Source: an uncultured Gammaproteobacteria bacterium
GTDB lineage: Bacteria; Patescibacteriota; Microgenomatia; CAZETR01; Amesbacteraceae
Assembly (NCBI GenBank): GCA_964543035.1
Contig: CAZIVL010000001.1
Location: 122,000 to 185,999 of the forward strand
Reading direction: 5' to 3'
DNA length: 64,000 bases
A model generated the notes under the pieces. The model saw nothing but the letters and a program-made list of their open reading frames with translations. It was not told the origin of the DNA and did no database searches. A program made the position numbers and the translations under genes. Below are positions 18,279 through 28,170 of this stretch, piece after piece (position 1 is the stretch's first letter; the number at the start of each line of letters is the position of its first letter).

Positions 18279-20693
18279 ATGGCATTTTCGCTGACCAAAA
18301 CAGAAAACTTAGAAACCCGCGCTTATCCAGTCGTCGCCCTTCGTGAAGGAGTCGTCTTTCCCCATACCGAGGCCCACCTGACCTTTGGTAGGCCCAAGAG
18401 CAATTCTGCGATAGAAGCCGCCCTCAAAGTCGACAAACAGATTGTCTTTGTCGCCCAAAAGACTTCCACTTCCACTCCCGCCCCAGACGATCTGTATGAG
18501 ATCGGTACCTTGTGCACCGTCGAGCAAGTCGCTCCCTACGGCAATGAGTTACTGGCCCTCGTCAAAGGAATCTCAAGGGTCAGAATAGAAAAGTACGAAT
18601 CAGTCGATCCCTATTTCACAGCCACAGTCGAGACACTTCCCGAGACAGTGCACGAGAGTGACAAGTTGATTGCGATTGCCAGACAAGTCGTGTCTGAGTT
18701 CAAAAATGCTTTCAATCTGGGCAAATCGGTCGAGTTCCCTGTTTTCATGCGTCTCATGAGCGGAGTGGCAGCCACTGAGCTGGCTGACCAAGTGGCTAAC
18801 TCCATGGAGATCAATACCGAAGCCAAACAGGTTTTGTTGGAAGAATTGTCGGTCGAAAAAAGATTAGAGGCCGTGCTGCAGCACTTAGTCCATGAGATCA
18901 AAGTCTTGGAGCTCGAAAAATCGATTTCCAAAAAGACCCACGCCAAATTCGAAAAAAACATGCGCGAGCAGGTCTTGCGAGAGCGCAAGCGCACCATCCA
19001 AGAGGAGTTGGAAAAAATGGGCGCCGATGGTTTTGACGGTGAAGAAGGGGATGACGATATCGGTATTTTGAAAAAAAAGATCAAAGCCGCGGGTATGCCA
19101 CCGGATGTCAAGAAAAAAGCCGAAAAAGAGCTGAGTAGGCTTGCTCAAATGAGTTTCCAAAATCCCGAGTCCACATATGTGCGAAATTATCTGGATTGGT
19201 TAACCGATGTCCCTTGGTCAAAAGTCTCCAAAGGTAACGTTTCTCTAGGCAATGCCCAAAAGCATCTCGATCTCGACCATTATGGTCTAAAAAAAGCCAA
19301 GGAACGAATTCTCGAGTATCTAGCTGTTATGAAACTTAAGTCCAAGCAAGAAAACGGTGGCGACCCCTCATCGACTACCATTCTTTGTTTTGCCGGTCCT
19401 CCGGGCGTGGGCAAGACATCCATTGGCAAGTCTATTGCCAAGGCCTTGGGCCGCAAGTTTGTCCGTGTGTCACTAGGCGGCATCCGTGACGAAGCCGAAG
19501 TCCGCGGTCACCGAAGGACTTATGTGGGAGCCCTTCCCGGACGCATCATCCAAGGTATAAAAAATGCTGGGACCAAAAATCCAGTCTTCATGCTCGATGA
19601 AATCGACAAACTAGCCTCTGATTACCGCGGTGATCCTTCATCTGCACTTTTGGAAGCCCTAGATCCCGAGCAAAACAAAGAGTTTTCAGATCACTACCTG
19701 GAAGTTCCGTTTGATCTGTCCCAAGTCATGTTTATAACGACCGCCAATATGCTAGAAAACATTCCTCCAGCTCTCAGAGACCGCCTCGAGATCATCAATT
19801 TTGCTGGCTACACCGTAGACGAAAAAGTAAAAATTGGCAGTGAGTATCTCTGGCCCAAGCAATTGTCAGCCACCGGGTTGCCCAAAGATCTCAAGATTGA
19901 GGATGAGGCCCTAAAAGAGATCGCTACCCGCTACACGCGTGAGGCGGGAGTTCGCGACCTCGAGCGCCAGATTGCCAAGGTTTGTCGAAAAATCGCCAGG
20001 TCTCTGGCCGAGAAAAAACTAGCCCCCAAGTCTGTGACAGCCGAAGATGTCAAAAAGTTTTTGGGTGCCCACAGATACCCCGAGACTCTAGCCGAGAAAA
20101 AAGATCAGATTGGAGTCAGTACCGGTATGGCCTGGACCGAGGCCGGGGGTGACATCATGTTTATCGAAGTGGCGCTCATGCCAGGCAAAGGCGAGCTCAA
20201 GCTTACAGGCCAGTTGGGTGACGTTATGAAAGAGTCGGGCCAGGCGGCCATGTCCTTTATTAGGTCTCGCTGGAAGCAGCTGGGACTCAAAGAAGAGTTT
20301 TACAAAAAGATGGACATCCACGTCCACGTCCCCGAAGGCGCCACTCCCAAAGATGGTCCATCCGCAGGTCTGGCAATTGCTACTGCCATCGTGTCTGCCC
20401 TTACCAACACTCCCGTCCGGACCGACATTTCCATGACCGGAGAGATCACTCTTCGCGGTCGGGCTCTAGAGATTGGTGGGGTAAAAGAAAAAGTCATCGC
20501 CGCTCACAGATCAGGCATCAAAGAGATCATCTTGCCAAAAGAAAACAAAAAAGATGTTTTGGAGGATGTTCCAGCTGCAGTGAGGGATGATCTCAAGTTC
20601 CACTTTGCCGAAAATCTGGATGACGTTCTCCAAGTCGTCCTTCGCCCAAAGCCATCCGCCACTCCCCGCAAATTCCTCACCGCAACCGCATAG
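18279..20693 (+). CDS. lon: ATP-dependent Lon protease
   Basis: N-terminal LON domain, Walker A GPPGVGKTS and the Ser-Lys dyad region PKDGPSAG. Confidence 0.9.
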   Translation: MAFSLTKTENLETRAYPVVALREGVVFPHTEAHLTFGRPKSNSAIEAALKVDKQIVFVAQKTSTSTPAPDDLYEIGTLCTVEQVAPYGNELLALVKGISRVRIEKYESVDPYFTATVETLPETVHESDKLIAIARQVVSEFKNAFNLGKSVEFPVFMRLMSGVAATELADQVANSMEINTEAKQVLLEELSVEKRLEAVLQHLVHEIKVLELEKSISKKTHAKFEKNMREQVLRERKRTIQEELEKMGADGFDGEEGDDDIGILKKKIKAAGMPPDVKKKAEKELSRLAQMSFQNPESTYVRNYLDWLTDVPWSKVSKGNVSLGNAQKHLDLDHYGLKKAKERILEYLAVMKLKSKQENGGDPSSTTILCFAGPPGVGKTSIGKSIAKALGRKFVRVSLGGIRDEAEVRGHRRTYVGALPGRIIQGIKNAGTKNPVFMLDEIDKLASDYRGDPSSALLEALDPEQNKEFSDHYLEVPFDLSQVMFITTANMLENIPPALRDRLEIINFAGYTVDEKVKIGSEYLWPKQLSATGLPKDLKIEDEALKEIATRYTREAGVRDLERQIAKVCRKIARSLAEKKLAPKSVTAEDVKKFLGAHRYPETLAEKKDQIGVSTGMAWTEAGGDIMFIEVALMPGKGELKLTGQLGDVMKESGQAAMSFIRSRWKQLGLKEEFYKKMDIHVHVPEGATPKDGPSAGLAIATAIVSALTNTPVRTDISMTGEITLRGRALEIGGVKEKVIAAHRSGIKEIILPKENKKDVLEDVPAAVRDDLKFHFAENLDDVLQVVLRPKPSATPRKFLTATA

Positions 20694-20698
20694 CTTCT

Positions 20699-20726
20699 GT
20701 CATCCTGAGCCTGCGCAGGATCCAGT
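20699..20726 (+). promoter_or_regulatory. Conserved 28-nt motif (copy 3); TATACT at 20726-20731, ATG at 20738
   Basis: GTCATCCTGAGCCTGCGCAGGATCCAG with a 6-bp perfect stem ATCCTG/CAGGAT. Confidence 0.45.
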
Positions 20727-20737
20727 ATACTAACCTT

Positions 20738-22201
20738 ATGAAAAACTTGGTGGCATTGGCACTGTTTACTCTCCTCATGCTCGCTCCCTACTACCATTTT
20801 GGTGATGAAAATCATATCGAGCAATTGCCCTTCTTGTATTCCCAGACAGATCCTACGTATTTAAAAAACGATTTCTTCGTTTCATATACCAAAGAGTTGG
20901 GACCCAGGTATTACTACGCCAAGCTGATTTCAACATTCACCAGATTTATTCCACCAAAGCAAACATATTTTATATTGACCTATCTATCTCACTTTTTTAT
21001 ATATCTAGTTTCTCTCTCCTTGATCAAATTATTTGTAAAAGACAAATACTTTCCCTACTTTATTATTTATGTCCTCGCCCGGTTTCAACACGACACCATA
21101 GGTGATGCCGCAGTTTTAAATGACAATTATTTGACCCCCCAGCTTCTTGCCATGCCCATAATATTGGGTGGTTTGTACGCCTCGATTCGCGGGAGTTATG
21201 TATATTCGTTTTTAGCTACTCTTATCGCATTACCCATTCAGCCATCACTGACTCTTTTGGCTTCAGTTCCTATTGCTGGCAATTTGATACTGAATCACAA
21301 GTTTCCCAAGAAATTTTTAGTCACGGGCCTGTTTTTTGTAATCCTTATATTCTCCACATACTTTCTGTTTATCAGAGGCAGAGAGGCGTCGGTTCTAAGT
21401 AGTGAATCTTACATTCATATTTTGGCCTACTTCCGCCACCCGCATCATTACGTTCCATCAAGCTTTGCTATCAGTAAATATTTGTTCTTTTTTGCGGAAA
21501 CGGGCATTTTGATCGGATCATTCGTCTACTTACTAAAGAAAAAAAATAATCCCAAAGGTCTTTTGTCCATATTGACCATTTATATCCTTACAATACTCAT
21601 GTTGCCAGCAGCCTACCTCTTTGTCGAGGTGCTCCCCATAAAACAGATAGTCGAACTTCAGATATTTCGAGTTATTTTTATCCACCGCTGGCTTTTTATC
21701 ACGATGTCGCTCATCGCATTATTCCTGATTGTCTCAAAGAAAATCAATTCTAAGCTGATTACAGCTATTTGTTTTGTGTTCAGTCTGGGAGTACTGGTTC
21801 TCTGGCCTTCCCCGATTCGGCCCACCTGGCCATCACTTGCAATCAAATACGAACAAGATAGAGCTGGGCTTTACAGATTTTTAGAAAACCACACAAACAA
21901 GGATGCATTATTTTTGACGCCACCCGACTTTGGTAGTATGCGCATTATTCCCAAGAGAGCCATTGTTGTTGATTGGAAATCATTTCCTTTCAATCAGAGG
22001 CCTATGGCAATCTGGTACGAAAGGATCCAAAGCGTCTATGGACAGGGAGACTTGGACTCAAATTATCGCCAGATTACAGACGAGAAACTACTGTCTCTCA
22101 AAGACAAGTATGCATTTGATTATGCAGTTCTATATGTAAGCACCGATACCAATTTCGAAATCATATATACGGATGATATGTACAAAATAATAAGGATGTA
22201 G
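20738..22201 (+). CDS. Hypothetical polytopic membrane protein (glycosyltransferase-C-like topology, soluble C-terminal domain)
   Basis: About 12 predicted TM helices and a roughly 120-aa C-terminal tail; no catalytic motif recognised. Confidence 0.45.
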   Translation: MKNLVALALFTLLMLAPYYHFGDENHIEQLPFLYSQTDPTYLKNDFFVSYTKELGPRYYYAKLISTFTRFIPPKQTYFILTYLSHFFIYLVSLSLIKLFVKDKYFPYFIIYVLARFQHDTIGDAAVLNDNYLTPQLLAMPIILGGLYASIRGSYVYSFLATLIALPIQPSLTLLASVPIAGNLILNHKFPKKFLVTGLFFVILIFSTYFLFIRGREASVLSSESYIHILAYFRHPHHYVPSSFAISKYLFFFAETGILIGSFVYLLKKKNNPKGLLSILTIYILTILMLPAAYLFVEVLPIKQIVELQIFRVIFIHRWLFITMSLIALFLIVSKKINSKLITAICFVFSLGVLVLWPSPIRPTWPSLAIKYEQDRAGLYRFLENHTNKDALFLTPPDFGSMRIIPKRAIVVDWKSFPFNQRPMAIWYERIQSVYGQGDLDSNYRQITDEKLLSLKDKYAFDYAVLYVSTDTNFEIIYTDDMYKIIRM

Positions 22202-22767
22202 CACTGGAATCGGCTAATAAATTAGGTCATACTGACTACTAGCGGCCAAGATTAAGGAAAAATCTCGTGTTTCGTTAGCAGTTTTGACGACTGGGACAGT
22301 GCTGGCGGGTGGCTGGATTGTCACTCGGACGATTTAGTCACAGATGTAATGGACAGTAACTTTTTCAAAATTGCCAACAAGCAGGCCATCCGGCTGGCGA
22401 GCCTCGATGCACTTGAAGATAGTCTTTGTTACAGCCGTGAGTCCAACAATCACGGCTAACATTTATGCCAGGGAGCACAATTTAAGGATATATAGCAAAA
22501 GAAACCTCTCCAAATTCGAAATGTGTTATCAAAGCCAATTACGGCGCCCTCTCCAATGACTACAATTATTTCACTCCCGGTTGTAGGCATTATTAAAAAG
22601 CAATTGCCCCGCCTTTTTAAGACGACAGCAATTGACATGTACCTGGGCTTTATCCGCGACTTGAACCTGAATTAACTCCATTTTCTATCTCCTTTTTTAT
22701 ATTTTGTCCAAGTTGTTTTTGAGATCCCATATGGATATATTGTACAACTTTTATGGATAGCTCAAAG

Positions 22768-25700
22768 CTAATTCATCGCCTGAACTTTGAAGTCTTCCCA
22801 AACAAAGTGCAGGTTATCTATGGTTGTTTTAGTCTCGGGCAAGATTCTTGAAACGATAACATCGTTGCCAAATAGGTCGTTAATGACATCCCCTTCTTTG
22901 GTGAATATTTTTTCGGCAATCATTTCTTTGGCTTCAGCTGCGCCAATATAAACTGGTACATATTTTTTGCCACCGATATAGACTGGGTTAAAGCCATCAA
23001 CTGGGATCATTTCTTTGACTTCGGTAGGATAGCGTTTATCCATTAGGTAAAATTGTTTGACTACGCCTTCGGGTGTAGTGATTTTAACTATCTCACCTGC
23101 TTTTGGTGCAGCTTGTACTTGTTGGGTTTTATCCATAGGGTTTTCACTGGCCATAGTCGAGCTAAATCGAGCAAATTCAATAAATATGAAGGTAAATACA
23201 ACCATCATAACAGCGGGCGCAAACATGGAAACATAGTTCTTCTTGCCCGGAACAAATTGGCGCAATAGAAGTGAATTTCCAACAACGGAAATTGAACTCA
23301 GAGCCATAGCCAGCCCTGCGAGTTCCGGTTTGAGAACGAGTCCAGCAAATGCAAAGACACGGGCAGCCACGGGAATACCGATCACGTTATAAAACAGGGC
23401 AAAGAACATGTTTTGCTTTACTTTTTGCATGGTGGATTTGGAAAGGTCGATAGCGTGTACCACATCACGTAAGTCGTTCTTAATAATGACGATGCCTCCC
23501 GCTTCCATGGCCACATCAGTCCCTGAACCCATGGCAATGCCTAAATCAGCTTGAGCTAAAGCTGGCGCGTCATTAATACCATCTCCGACCATGGCTACCT
23601 TTTTTCCGGCATCCTGAAGCTTTTTCACTTCATTGGCTTTATCTTGTGGTAGGACTTCCGACAAGACATTGGTAATTCCAACTTGAGATGCAATGGCTTT
23701 AGCAGTTCGAGCGTTATCTCCCGTGATCATCCACACTTCAATACCAAGTTTTTGTAGCTTTTCTACTGCCTCTCGTGACGTTTCTTTGACTGTGTCGGCA
23801 ACTCCAATGATGCCCAAGATTCCGTCTTTAGTAGCCAGAGTCATCACCGTTTTACCTTGTTCTTCGAGTCGATTAATCTTTCGATCATACTTACCTACTT
23901 CTAGGCCAAGGGTGTCGGTCATGAGCTTTCTGTTACCAAAGTAGTAAACGGTGTCACCAATTTGACCTTTAACGCCGTGACCCGGAATGGCACTAAAGTT
24001 TTCGACACTACTTAAGGACACATTTTCTTCCTGAGCATAACTATAAATGGCTTCAGCCAATGGATGCTCGGATTGCTTCTCTAAGCTAGCTGAGATTTGC
24101 AGCACTTCATCTTCAGTAAAGCTGCCAAAGTCTTCAATATCTGTTACCTCGGGTTTGCCTTTTGTAATGGTTCCGGTTTTATCAAAAATAATGGCATTTA
24201 CTTTACAAGCCGATTCTAATGGTTCTCCACCTTTGACCAGTATTCCATGTTCAGCACCCTTGCCAGTTCCCACCATAATGGCCGTGGGTGTAGCCAAACC
24301 TAGAGCACAAGGACAGGCAATGACAATAACTGCTGTAAATGCCATTAAAGCAAAAGACAAAGTGGACCCAAGCAGGAAGTACCAGACACCAAAGGTAAGT
24401 AGAGCCACGATAATAACCGCTGGAACAAACCAAGATGAAATGCGGTCAGCAAAGGCTTGAATTGGCGCTTTTGAGCCTTGAGCGTCTTCGACTAATCGAA
24501 TAATTTGTGACAAAGTGGTTTCTGAGCCTATACGAGTGGCTTTGAATTCAAAACTTCCGGTTTTATTAATAGTACCTCCAATGACATTGTCGCCGGAATT
24601 CTTCTCAACGGGTAGACTTTCACCAGTAATCATTGACTCATCTATGGCTGACATACCTTTGAGAATGACACCATCAACCGGAACTTTTTCTCCCGGACGA
24701 ACGACAACAATGTCATCTTTCACGACCTGATCAACTGGAATATCAAGGGTACTGCCATTACGAACCACGCGCGCGGTCTTGGCCTGAAGCCCCATGAGTT
24801 TTTTAATTGCTTCAGACGTTCGACCTTTAGCTTTGGCTTCTAAAAACTTCCCTAATAGCACAAAGGTAATCAAGAATGCAGCAGTTTCAAAATACAGCTC
24901 AGGAATTTTGGCACCACCAAGTCCGATTAAAGAATCGTTTATGGCAAAGTATTTAATGAAATTGACGACACTGTAAAAGTAGGCTACAGAGGTGCCAATG
25001 GCGATTAAACTATCCATGTTAAAGGTACGCATACGAAGAGCCGACATCATGCCTTTATAGAATCCCGATCCGATGAAAAATTGCACCGGTGTTGCTAAAA
25101 CAAAAGAGATAACTCCCACCCATGGAAGTAGCAGCTTTGCGCCGGGAATAAAGTTGAAGAAATCAAACAACATAAAGTAAATCATGGGTAGTGACAAGAT
25201 AAAGCTAACTAGAAACCGTTTGTATTGGGACCTAATTTCGTTTTGTTGGCGAAGGGATTGTTCCTTTGTATCGGCTGTATCGGCAACCTCTGCTTTGTAT
25301 CCGGCTTTTACAACGGCTTGCAATAAATCCTGGTTTGATGCCTGAGACGGATCAAATACGACTGCAGCTTTTTCTGCCGCAAAATTAACCCGGGCTTCGG
25401 TAACTCCTGAAACCTTTTTTAATTGACGTTCAATTATTTGAGCGCAAGAAGAGCAGTGCATACCGAATATTGCTAAATTAGCCCGACCTGTTTTTTCGCT
25501 TTTAACAGCGGCGGATACAACTTCAGAAGCTGTACTTATGGGTTGTTGTTCTGTATCAGTCGTTGTATTTCCAAAGCGCAATTTGCCTTTAATGCTAAAT
25601 TGCCCATCGGCATCACGGCCAATTTTTCCATCAATTTCAACTTCCTGTGGAAATGATATTTGCGAAACATAAAGGGGGGTATTAGGAGCGAGTACTCCGT

Positions 25701-25956
25701 TAACTTGCCCATTTGCATGTCCGTTTGAGTGGACAGTGTCGCCCATAACTCTACCTTTATAGCCTGCAGTTTGAATTGCAGACAGAATTTTATCGCTAGT
25801 TACCTGTTGATTTCCGGCAACTAGAGTCCCAAGGCCTGATTTAAATTCCAAGTTCACATCCTTTACACCCGGAATTGAACTTAATTCGTCTTTGATTAAC
25901 AGCTCGCAGGAAGCACAGTGCATACCATCTACTTGAAATTGAATTTTTTGGTTCAT
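22768..25956 (-). CDS. copA: Cu(I)-translocating P1B-type ATPase with two N-terminal HMA domains and a roughly 200-aa C-terminal extension
   Basis: Two MHCxSC HMA motifs, TGES, CPC ([12 protein letters not shown]), DKTGTIT and [10 protein letters not shown]. An extra TM helix plus soluble tail follows the last canonical helix. Confidence 0.85.
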   Translation of the reverse strand: MNQKIQFQVDGMHCASCELLIKDELSSIPGVKDVNLEFKSGLGTLVAGNQQVTSDKILSAIQTAGYKGRVMGDTVHSNGHANGQVNGVLAPNTPLYVSQISFPQEVEIDGKIGRDADGQFSIKGKLRFGNTTTDTEQQPISTASEVVSAAVKSEKTGRANLAIFGMHCSSCAQIIERQLKKVSGVTEARVNFAAEKAAVVFDPSQASNQDLLQAVVKAGYKAEVADTADTKEQSLRQQNEIRSQYKRFLVSFILSLPMIYFMLFDFFNFIPGAKLLLPWVGVISFVLATPVQFFIGSGFYKGMMSALRMRTFNMDSLIAIGTSVAYFYSVVNFIKYFAINDSLIGLGGAKIPELYFETAAFLITFVLLGKFLEAKAKGRTSEAIKKLMGLQAKTARVVRNGSTLDIPVDQVVKDDIVVVRPGEKVPVDGVILKGMSAIDESMITGESLPVEKNSGDNVIGGTINKTGSFEFKATRIGSETTLSQIIRLVEDAQGSKAPIQAFADRISSWFVPAVIIVALLTFGVWYFLLGSTLSFALMAFTAVIVIACPCALGLATPTAIMVGTGKGAEHGILVKGGEPLESACKVNAIIFDKTGTITKGKPEVTDIEDFGSFTEDEVLQISASLEKQSEHPLAEAIYSYAQEENVSLSSVENFSAIPGHGVKGQIGDTVYYFGNRKLMTDTLGLEVGKYDRKINRLEEQGKTVMTLATKDGILGIIGVADTVKETSREAVEKLQKLGIEVWMITGDNARTAKAIASQVGITNVLSEVLPQDKANEVKKLQDAGKKVAMVGDGINDAPALAQADLGIAMGSGTDVAMEAGGIVIIKNDLRDVVHAIDLSKSTMQKVKQNMFFALFYNVIGIPVAARVFAFAGLVLKPELAGLAMALSSISVVGNSLLLRQFVPGKKNYVSMFAPAVMMVVFTFIFIEFARFSSTMASENPMDKTQQVQAAPKAGEIVKITTPEGVVKQFYLMDKRYPTEVKEMIPVDGFNPVYIGGKKYVPVYIGAAEAKEMIAEKIFTKEGDVINDLFGNDVIVSRILPETKTTIDNLHFVWEDFKVQAMN

Positions 25957-26186
25957 AGTGTCTCCTTTTGAGTCGCCTCATACGGCGTGCCGGTCAAACT
26001 TGCTTGAATTTGATCCAGGCTCAAATTTGAATTCGATTCGACCGTAGCCTTACTGGTTTTTAAATCAACGCTGACTGTTTGGACCCCATTTATGGCGCCA
26101 ATTCGTTTTTCTGAAACTTTTTTGCAAGCAGTGCAAGTAAGACCTGATAATGTAAATAGTTGTGTATACATGAGTATTCCTTTCAT
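25953..26186 (-). CDS. HMA-domain copper-chaperone-like protein
   Basis: A single CTAC metal-binding motif in an HMA-sized ORF; start overlaps the upstream gene. Confidence 0.6.
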   Translation of the reverse strand: MKGILMYTQLFTLSGLTCTACKKVSEKRIGAINGVQTVSVDLKTSKATVESNSNLSLDQIQASLTGTPYEATQKETL

Positions 26187-27928
26187 TAAATAACCTTTAT
26201 TTGACCCCTAGGTGCTCCCATAGCACACGTAATGCTGTAAGTACCTTTCTTGGTTGGGGTAAAGTCAAAAGCTGTAACTTTACCCTTAGTGAAGACTTCA
26301 ATTTTGGACGTCAATCCAGGAAGAGCCACACTGCCCATGCAACCCTGGCCGTCTTCTTTGGCATCGATTTCAAAACGAACCGGCTCATTGACTTTAACGG
26401 TAAATTGAGTCGGCGAAATATCCCCCCGAACGGTGTAACTTGCTGTTATAACTTGAGCATTTGCAGAACTAACCTGAGATGTTTGTGACTGATTTATAGT
26501 GTTGGTCAAAGCTGGTTGAGTATTGAAGTTGGCGGGTATTGTCGTACTTTGGTTGCTAGTTCCTTCAACAACCGTAAATGAACCGGTATACATGCCCATG
26601 ATGCAAGAGAAATTGATAGTTCCAGTCTGGGTTGGCGTAAATTCAATGATGTTTTCACCCTTTTGTAATCCTTGACGGATACCGAGTTTTTGGGAAATGA
26701 TACTGGCTGCACAGGTGTATGAATCTTCGGAGGTGATGACCCAGCGAGTTGGCAGACCCTTTCGAATCGTAAACTTATTTGGTACATAGCCTCCAGAAAC
26801 TTGTCTCATCCGCACAACTTGGACACCCTCTATGATTGATACATTAGTGTCTTTAGTACCTTCAGCACTGGCCTTACTAGTAAATGCTCCTAACACAGAC
26901 ACTGCTGGGTTTAACCCCAGTAAATTCAAACCGTTCGAAATGTTAAATATAGCCAAAAGTATGACCACTACACCTACTGTTTTGAAAAAGAGACGAGCGA
27001 CAGAGCCCTTAATTGCCGAGGTTAAACCACCAACACCCAAAAGCCCTGGCGCTGTGCCGAGAGCAAAGACGCCCATGGTTAAGGCCCCGGCCAAGGCACT
27101 GCCCGAACTAATAGCGTAAAGTTGCATGGCTTGAGTAAAGCCACAGGGTAAAAAGAAAGTTAAGGCTCCCATGATGACGGCATTCTTATTGCTGTATTCA
27201 ACTTCTGCTCGATTTTTAACACCAAAGAATCGGCTGATTCCGGTAGGAAGCGTAAAGGATATCTTTTTTAAGAATGGGAATATTTCTATGAGCTGGCTGC
27301 CCAAAAGCAACATCACGATGCCAACCGCGACAGTCATAATACCCAAGGCAGAAGAAGATAACTGGAATAATGTACCGGCATAGCCAATTACTCCACCTAA
27401 AATAAAATAGGAAACAACTCTCCCCAAATTAAAGTACAAATGTGGTGTAAATTTCTCCATACCTGTAGCGTTTGGATGTTTCTCGGCAAAGCGTGCTGCC
27501 GCTCCTAAAACCAAGCCACCGACTAATGCCATACAGGTAGAAATTCCAGCGGTAAGCCCTACAAGAAATACGGTGGGTAAACTGGAATAATTATTGGAGA
27601 CATTGCTGACTAGGTTAAACAAACCCAAGCTTCGGGCAACCAAATACAAAACAATGGCTACAAAAAAAGCAATACCAAGTTCCTTGTAATCATATGGTTT
27701 TTTGGAGAAAAGTTCACGTTTTTCAACTCCAAGCATGTATCCTGCACGCTCCACTGCTCTTTGAACTGCTTGGTCATCAAGTACATTCTCGTAATGAATA
27801 AAGGCGTGGCCTTTGTGGTGATTAACTACCGCCTTGGTTACACCAGGAACTTTTTTGAGTTCGTCTTCAATTAAGATTTCGCAAGATCGGCAGTGCATGC
27901 CTTTGATAAGAATTTTGCAGTTTTGCAT
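26186..27928 (-). CDS. Fusion protein: HMA domain, DsbD_2/CcdA-like Cys-bearing TM domain and two cupredoxin-like beta-sandwich repeats ending C-x-MGM / C-AMG
   Basis: MHCRSCE HMA; TM core with paired Cys (ISTCMA, LPCGFTQAM); C-terminal repeats FSCIMGMYTGSF and ITCAMGAPRGQ. Paralog of 54512-55779. Confidence 0.55.
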   Translation of the reverse strand: MQNCKILIKGMHCRSCEILIEDELKKVPGVTKAVVNHHKGHAFIHYENVLDDQAVQRAVERAGYMLGVEKRELFSKKPYDYKELGIAFFVAIVLYLVARSLGLFNLVSNVSNNYSSLPTVFLVGLTAGISTCMALVGGLVLGAAARFAEKHPNATGMEKFTPHLYFNLGRVVSYFILGGVIGYAGTLFQLSSSALGIMTVAVGIVMLLLGSQLIEIFPFLKKISFTLPTGISRFFGVKNRAEVEYSNKNAVIMGALTFFLPCGFTQAMQLYAISSGSALAGALTMGVFALGTAPGLLGVGGLTSAIKGSVARLFFKTVGVVVILLAIFNISNGLNLLGLNPAVSVLGAFTSKASAEGTKDTNVSIIEGVQVVRMRQVSGGYVPNKFTIRKGLPTRWVITSEDSYTCAASIISQKLGIRQGLQKGENIIEFTPTQTGTINFSCIMGMYTGSFTVVEGTSNQSTTIPANFNTQPALTNTINQSQTSQVSSANAQVITASYTVRGDISPTQFTVKVNEPVRFEIDAKEDGQGCMGSVALPGLTSKIEVFTKGKVTAFDFTPTKKGTYSITCAMGAPRGQIKVI

Positions 27929-27948
27929 ATAAAATAAAGATAACCACC

Positions 27949-28131
27949 CTAATGCTTGTGGTTACCACCTTTCATCATAAGAATATGGAGAAGCGGACAG
28001 GCAAGGATGAATCCATAGGTGAGGACCGATCCTACTGGCAGCTTAAAAACAAATAATGCCAAGCCTCCAGCAACTAGTCCCAAGAGGCAGATAATCAAAA
28101 CAGGGTGAGCCTTGAGTATATTCATACTCAT
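27949..28131 (-). CDS. Small two-TM protein with C-terminal LACPLLHILM...HKH motif (DUF2933-like)
   Basis: Paralog of 37469-37675; both lie immediately downstream of a histidine kinase. Confidence 0.5.
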   Translation of the reverse strand: MSMNILKAHPVLIICLLGLVAGGLALFVFKLPVGSVLTYGFILACPLLHILMMKGGNHKH

Positions 28132-28149
28132 TACTGTAACGTCTGAGGA

Positions 28150-28166
28150 ATTAAGATTTTATGAAG
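28150..28166 (-). promoter_or_regulatory. Conserved island motif (minus-strand sense CTTCATAAAATCTTAAT), copy A
   Basis: The identical 16-nt core occurs at 32850 and 36179, each 23-33 nt upstream of a minus-strand start codon. Confidence 0.4.
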
Positions 28167-28170
28167 ATGT

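Noticed and set aside
22371-22638. Two overlapping 60-62-aa ORFs in the left-boundary gap
   Set aside because: No motifs, opposite strands overlapping each other, and atypical composition; most likely non-coding.
22202-22767. Direct repeat of the tRNA-Glu 3' end marking the left att site
   Set aside because: Looked for TGACTCCATCCGG-like sequence by eye; only weak partial matches (tgactac...). No claim is made; this needs computational alignment.
23053-24976. Several 60-140-aa ORFs on the plus strand inside copA1 (for example 24047-24460, 23693-23944)
   Set aside because: They are antisense shadow ORFs within a well-supported P-type ATPase gene and have low-complexity Ser/Pro-rich translations.
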